From Cyanobacteriota bacterium (GTDB lineage Bacteria > Cyanobacteriota > Cyanobacteriia > Thermostichales > Thermostichaceae), in contig JANRIL010000019.1 of NCBI GenBank assembly GCA_033764955.1, forward strand, positions 32,001 to 96,000: a stretch of 64,000 nt of DNA. Direction: 5' to 3'. Within the stretch, counting starts at the first letter, position 1. Every line of letters begins with the position of its first letter. This document shows positions 59,247 through 64,000 of this stretch, piece by piece. The notes beneath the pieces are model-generated. The model saw nothing but the letters and a program-made list of their open reading frames with translations, did not search any database and had not been told where the DNA came from. The position numbers and the translations under genes are program-made.

Positions 59247-59365
59247 AAAGGTTGGCCAAGCCATTTAGCCCTACACCCCGAACACGCCTAGACAAAGGGC
59301 AGGGATCCCGACCTAGGGGGTTTTTGGTTAAGCTCAGAAAGCAGTTGTGGTCACTCTTTTGCTTT

Positions 59366-59581
59366 ATGTTACGCATCCCGATTGGCTCAACGGTGCAAGT
59401 GATTGCCCTACCCCCTTTTCTGAAAACAGCGGATCCCATGCCAATGTTGCGTCCGGCTCATCTGATTCAGGTGGGAGAAACCGGTAGTGTGACAGGGCAG
59501 CGTCCGGGGGGATATCACAGCGTGCGCTTTGCCAACGGCGTATTTTTGATCGATCCGCAGTATTTGCAGGTAGTATCGTGA
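59366..59581 (+). CDS. sipA: NblS-interacting protein SipA (DUF3148)
   Basis: PPFLKTADPMPMLRP...GETG...VRFANGVFLIDPQYL. Confidence 0.88.
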   Translation: MLRIPIGSTVQVIALPPFLKTADPMPMLRPAHLIQVGETGSVTGQRPGGYHSVRFANGVFLIDPQYLQVVS

Positions 59582-60207
59582 GTGCAAGCTCGTTGCCCCT
59601 GTCGCCATCAACAATGCCCCCCTCTAAACAACAGAGCTTTGAAGCTCAACTGGCCACTACGGAAGCGGCGGATCGGCAGACTTGGCGGCAATGGCTGCAA
59701 ACCAACCATCTCACCTCCCCTGGAGTTTGGTTGATTTACTACAAGGTCAAAAGCGGTCAGCCCAGTGTGCAATACAGCGAAGCTGTCCAGGAAGCCCTCT
59801 GCTTTGGTTGGATTGACAGCAAGGTAAAATCCTTGGACGAGCAGCGTTATCAGCAAATTTTCACTCCCCGCAAACCAAACAGTGTTTGGTCAAAACTAAA
59901 CAAACACTATGTTGAGCAACTGTTGGCGGCAGGGCTGATGACGGAAGCGGGGTTAGCTAAGGTGCAGGCCGCCCAAGCGGATGGATCCTGGACAAGTTTG
60001 GATGCGATTGAGGCACTGATCCTGCCGCCGGATTTGCAAGAGGCGCTCGCCAAGCAGCCGTCCGCCCAAGAAAACTTTGCTTCTTTTAGCAAGTCCACCC
60101 GAAAAAATATTCTCTTTTGGATTGGCAGTGCCAAACGTCCCGCCACACGCCTCAACCGTATCCAGCAAACCCTCACCGCCGCTCTCGCCAACCGCAGCCC
60201 CCTATGA
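59578..60207 (+). CDS. YdeI/OmpD-associated family protein
   Basis: WRQWLQTNH, EALCFGWIDS, FTPRKPNSVWS, LPPDL, AKRPATR. Confidence 0.88.
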   Translation: MSASSLPLSPSTMPPSKQQSFEAQLATTEAADRQTWRQWLQTNHLTSPGVWLIYYKVKSGQPSVQYSEAVQEALCFGWIDSKVKSLDEQRYQQIFTPRKPNSVWSKLNKHYVEQLLAAGLMTEAGLAKVQAAQADGSWTSLDAIEALILPPDLQEALAKQPSAQENFASFSKSTRKNILFWIGSAKRPATRLNRIQQTLTAALANRSPL

Positions 60208-60749
60208 GTTTACGCATTCACGGACAGCGTTCTCTACAAACTTTGCCCGGACTAAAAACTCGTCCGACTTCAGCCCGTGTGCGGCAGGCGGTTTTTAATA
60301 TCTTGCAGGGAGAAATTGGGGATTGTCGCTGGCTGGATGTTTGCTGTGGATCTGGGAGTATGGGGGGAGAAGCCCTCTGCCGAGGAGCCAGTTATGTCGT
60401 GGGGATCGAAAGTTCGGAATCAGCCTGTCGCGTGATCCAGAGCAACTGGAACCAATTGGTTCGCCCCCAGCAATCTTTTCGGGTGATCAGAGGGGATGCC
60501 CGTCTGATTTTGCGCCAATCCTGTCCAGGGGATCCCTTTGATGTGATTTATCTGGATCCCCCCTATGAATCGGGTCTGTATGGCGATATTCTCCCCTTGC
60601 TTCCGGCCTGGTTAGCCTCGACAGGGTGGGTGATCGCCGAGTGTCGTGCTGGCACCGCTCTACCAGAACAGGTGGGATCCCTCTGCTTGGGGGATGTTCG
60701 GCGCTATGGCGAAACTGCTTTAGTGATCTATCACCCTGAACACGCCTGA
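60204..60749 (+). CDS. rsmD: 16S rRNA m2G966 methyltransferase
   Basis: TRPTSARVRQAVFNIL, LDVCCGSGSMGGEAL.RGA, YLDPPY, RRYGET; ATGA overlap with the upstream gene. Confidence 0.93.
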   Translation: MSLRIHGQRSLQTLPGLKTRPTSARVRQAVFNILQGEIGDCRWLDVCCGSGSMGGEALCRGASYVVGIESSESACRVIQSNWNQLVRPQQSFRVIRGDARLILRQSCPGDPFDVIYLDPPYESGLYGDILPLLPAWLASTGWVIAECRAGTALPEQVGSLCLGDVRRYGETALVIYHPEHA

Positions 60750-60783
60750 TCAAGCTAGGGATCCCTAATGCCCCCCCCAAAAC

Positions 60784-61965
60784 TCAACTCTGGGAAAGAC
60801 GTTTGACTTGGTTGCCACCCAACAAATGATGGGCTTCCTGCAAAAGGGCTGGGATCCGCTCACGGTGGGGACTATTTACCAAACAGGTTGCCAACTGACG
60901 GGGGGAAATACGAGCGGCATTTTCTCCGGGCACCCAATGTCCACTGTTGCCCAGCATGTTGTAGCGGGTAGAGGCAAAATCGGTCATATCATAGGCCAGA
61001 GCTAGGTTGCGTAGCCAAAGGATCAGCGGGATGTTGATGCCCCCAGGGGTAGACTCCGGATCCGGTAAACCCTGTCGCCAGGTCTTGGCAAAATCTTCGC
61101 CCACCACTTCGATCAGGGCATTCTCTAAGCGAGCCACAATGGTCGGCACCACGTGATCGGCTTGATCTAACCAGGCTAGGGTTTTCAGATGTTCATCAAA
61201 ATCGGTGGGACGGGCAGCTCCTATGCTCAAGGTATGCACCTGCGGATGTGCCAAACAAAACAGGTCGTTGAATACCATCGGACTCAAGGGGGCGCACAGA
61301 TCCACCAGCTTCTGGGGGGGGGCATATAATTTGCCCCCTTTATCGGAGGGACTAATGATAAAAACTCCCATATCCCGTTCATGTGCCGCCAGAATAGCAG
61401 GCCAATTGACCTGTAAAAAGTAGTACCAGTGTAGGTTGATATAGGCAAAACGATTGGATTCGACCGCTTGCATGATCACAGGCAGGGGAGCATGGGTGGA
61501 AAATCCAATAAACCGGACTTTTCCGGTTGCCACCAACTGTTCCGCCACATCCAGACATCCACCCGCTTTGAGGGCATCGTGCAGCAGGTCAGGGGTATTA
61601 ATGCCGTGGATCCCCAGTAAGTCCACATAGTCTAGGTTGAGGTAACGGAGGGATGTTTCAAAATTTCGCAAAAACTGACGGGGATCCGCTTCGGGAGCCA
61701 CCTTGGTTTGCACAATTATCTGCTGACGAGGTAACCGGGGCAAAATTTTCCCCAACTGCATCTCGGAACTTCCATAGCCCCGCGCTGTTTCGATATGGGT
61801 AATGCCCAGTTCTAACGCCCGCCGAATTGTGGCCTCCAGATTGTCTTGGCTAGCGGGGGGAATGTCTGACCAAGGGATATCCTGCCATTTGTGTTGATAG
61901 CGCATACCCCCACAACTCAACACAGGCATGGGCAATTCCGTTCGACCAAAGCGTCGATAGAGCAT
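60784..61965 (-). CDS. Aldo/keto reductase family protein
   Basis: MLYRRFGRTE, CGGMR, HIETARGYG, SLRYLNLDYVDL, GFSTH. Confidence 0.9.
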   Translation of the reverse strand: MLYRRFGRTELPMPVLSCGGMRYQHKWQDIPWSDIPPASQDNLEATIRRALELGITHIETARGYGSSEMQLGKILPRLPRQQIIVQTKVAPEADPRQFLRNFETSLRYLNLDYVDLLGIHGINTPDLLHDALKAGGCLDVAEQLVATGKVRFIGFSTHAPLPVIMQAVESNRFAYINLHWYYFLQVNWPAILAAHERDMGVFIISPSDKGGKLYAPPQKLVDLCAPLSPMVFNDLFCLAHPQVHTLSIGAARPTDFDEHLKTLAWLDQADHVVPTIVARLENALIEVVGEDFAKTWRQGLPDPESTPGGINIPLILWLRNLALAYDMTDFASTRYNMLGNSGHWVPGENAARISPRQLATCLVNSPHRERIPALLQEAHHLLGGNQVKRLSQS

Positions 61966-62041
61966 GGGCTACGCATCCTTTCTGACTCGCTAGCGGAGGG
62001 GATCCCCCCATCCCAACGGTTGTAGCAAATTTTGTGGCGGG

Positions 62042-62260
62042 CTATGGCTGGGTTTGGCGGAGTGGGATAACCGACTGGGCATCTGTGGCCTCAGAAGTTT
62101 GGGAATATTCTGGCAACTGTTCCTGGGTTTTCACCTGTCCTAAAGCCGCTTCAATCGGGGCTGTGGCCTCTGTGCAGCTTGATCCTGCTCCATTCAAGAC
62201 CGTCTCGGTGATCTGCCCATCAGGACTAATCCGATACTCCACTTTTAGATAGTGCGCCAT
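62042..62260 (-). CDS. DUF2997 family protein
   Basis: EYRISPDG.ITETV...GSSCTEATAPIEAALG...PEY; AAGGAG RBS. Confidence 0.85.
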   Translation of the reverse strand: MAHYLKVEYRISPDGQITETVLNGAGSSCTEATAPIEAALGQVKTQEQLPEYSQTSEATDAQSVIPLRQTQP

Positions 62261-62582
62261 GCTAAAGACTCCTTGATTGGCTGAGGATGTGGGTGGGCAT
62301 CCCTAGGGATCCCGTATTTAGCAGCCTAGCAAGAGATATCCCAATCGTTAAAAACCTTCTCTCTGCCGCCAATGGTAAGACCTTCAAAAGAGAAAATCCC
62401 TCTGGTTTTTGTCCGAGGAGTGAGGGCGTGATCCTACCCTAGTCACCCTCAATGAGCAGTGATTTGTCGAGGTATTCTTCATCTATTTTATTCATAGACG
62501 ACATACAGAGAATAGTTTGATTCAATTTTGGAGAATGCTTAAGATTTTGATTGTAGGCCAATGTCTCTACCATTCTGCTTTT

Positions 62583-62948
62583 ATGAAACCAGCCTCCACG
62601 AAAATTTCTCTGATCACTTGGGATGAATGGAAACCCAAATCTTCTGACTCTCCTATATCCCTTTCTTCAGCTCATCCTCTCTCCCAAACTACTCCAGACT
62701 CATACCATCACAGCCTCTTTTCTCGTTGGCTCCGAGCCATTGCTCAAACTATTCAATCATGGTCTATTTATTGGTCAGGCTCCTCTGAGTTAAAGGTGTG
62801 GAAAACCACTGATGCTCATGGAAATGTGCGCTGGCACACCTATGATCCTCTTTATAATCAGTCACTCACTCTGTTTTCTGAGGATGATCTACGAGTTTGG
62901 CTAGAACGTCATTACTATACTTCATCTTATTCTCGAGAAGTTTGGTAG
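62583..62948 (+). CDS. Conserved cyanobacterial hypothetical protein
   Basis: C-terminal ELKVWKTTDAHGNVRWHTYDP...FSEDDLRVWLERHYY pattern. Start uncertain (62517-62583). Confidence 0.65.
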   Translation: MKPASTKISLITWDEWKPKSSDSPISLSSAHPLSQTTPDSYHHSLFSRWLRAIAQTIQSWSIYWSGSSELKVWKTTDAHGNVRWHTYDPLYNQSLTLFSEDDLRVWLERHYYTSSYSREVW

Positions 62949-63190
62949 TGATTCGCTGGATTAAGTGCTTTGTGTCCTTCCCATAATGCCTAATTCTCCT
63001 GAAACTTTTATAGGCAGGGATCCCTATGATCTCTGCCTATTTTGTGAATGACCTATGGGATTTATGGGATATTGAATAACCAGACCCAGCTACCATTTGT
63101 GAAACTGACGCGGGGCATCCAAAGATTTTCTGTCAGGGTCAGAATCTTAGGATTAAAATCAGACGGGATCCTTTTGCCTATGCTTGGGCT

Positions 63191-64000
63191 ATGACCTACT
63201 GCCTTAATCCTGCCTGCTCACAGCCAGAAAATCCGTTGCAAGCTCAGATCTGTTTAACCTGTCGTGCGCCCCTCCTCTTGCAGGAACGCTATCGACCGCT
63301 GAAACGGCTGGGAAAGGGGGGATTTGGCCGTACTTTTTTAGCTCTGGATCTGGCCAACCATAACCGTTGTGTTATCAAACAGTCGCTTGCCCTGCCCGGA
63401 CAAACTGAGCTAACTCACCAGCGATTTCGACAGGAAGCAGAGCGACTGCAGCAACTGGGGCAACACCAACAAATTCCTAAGCTGCTCGCCCATCTGGAGG
63501 AGAATCAGCACTATTACTTGGTGCAAGAATTTATGGCCGGAGCCAATTTGGCAGAAGCACTTGCCCAATCTGGCCCGCTACCAGAAAGCCAAATTCGTCA
63601 TCTTTTGCACAATCTCTTGCCAGTTTTGCACTTTATCCATCGCCATCAGGTCATTCACCGCGACATTAAACCTGCTAACATCATTCGTTCGGGACAGCAG
63701 TACGTTTTAGTGGATTTTGGGGCGGCTTGTTTGGCGGATCCCAGCCATCCCCAGCAAACGGGCACCATGATTGGCACTGCTGAATATACTGCTCCTGAGC
63801 AGGTGAGGGGTAAGGCGGTTTTTGCCAGCGATCTGTATAGCCTGGGGGTCACCTGCCTCCATTTATTGACGCAAATGTCCCCCTTTGATCTCTACGACAG
63901 TGGGGAAGACCGTTGGGTTTGGCGGGACTATTTGGGATCCCGCACCGTCAGTGAAGATCTGGGGTACGTTCTGGATCGCCTCGTGGAAAATGCTACAAAA
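63191..64000 (+). CDS. Ser/Thr protein kinase with 4-Cys N-terminal prefix (partial, runs off the window)
   Basis: Read directly from the sequence, absent from the ORF track: MTYCLNPACSQPENP...CLTC...RYRPLKRLGKGGFGRTFLA, CVIKQ, HRDIKPANI, VDFG, APEQ, DLYSLG. Confidence 0.93.
   Translation, partial: MTYCLNPACSQPENPLQAQICLTCRAPLLLQERYRPLKRLGKGGFGRTFLALDLANHNRCVIKQSLALPGQTELTHQRFRQEAERLQQLGQHQQIPKLLAHLEENQHYYLVQEFMAGANLAEALAQSGPLPESQIRHLLHNLLPVLHFIHRHQVIHRDIKPANIIRSGQQYVLVDFGAACLADPSHPQQTGTMIGTAEYTAPEQVRGKAVFASDLYSLGVTCLHLLTQMSPFDLYDSGEDRWVWRDYLGSRTVSEDLGYVLDRLVENATK

Noticed and set aside
63655..63852. 65-aa minus-strand ORF
   Set aside because: Antisense to the partial Ser/Thr kinase starting at 63191.

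Overview
64 kb of a cyanobacterial chromosome, identified by apcE, apcF, nblS/hik33, sipA, ycf46/ycf35 and a devBC-type exporter. The octamer GGGATCCC recurs throughout and I did not spot canonical HIP1 (GCGATCGC), which suggests a Thermostichus-like lineage (hot-spring 'Synechococcus' JA-3-3Ab/JA-2-3B'a type; inference). Most of the window is housekeeping: rpmF, rpsT, ilvA, nadE, leuA, guaB-like, rnhA, tlyA, rsmA, rsmD, mfd, a GH57 hydrolase and several kinases. I saw no rRNA, tRNA or CRISPR array. The best candidates for undescribed biology are: (1) a divergent GT-B glycosyltransferase abutting an archaeal-type Hpt-like phosphoribosyltransferase, directly behind the epimerase/DUF1611 pair (19.8-21.7 kb); (2) an orphan RecA-fold protein with dead Walker A/B motifs and no imuB/dnaE2 nearby (44.1-44.8 kb); (3) a ~50-nt Yfr1-like sRNA with its own promoter and terminator (34.3 kb); (4) a 42-codon sORF ending FRGGG upstream of sipA; (5) a truncated integron attC-like site next to IS5 remnants and a GNAT gene; (6) an NtcA-type promoter ahead of a Tat-exported NMT1/THI5 binding protein and a 2OG-Fe(II) oxygenase; (7) a stand-alone radical SAM enzyme. 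All family assignments come from motif recognition by eye; no database searches were run.
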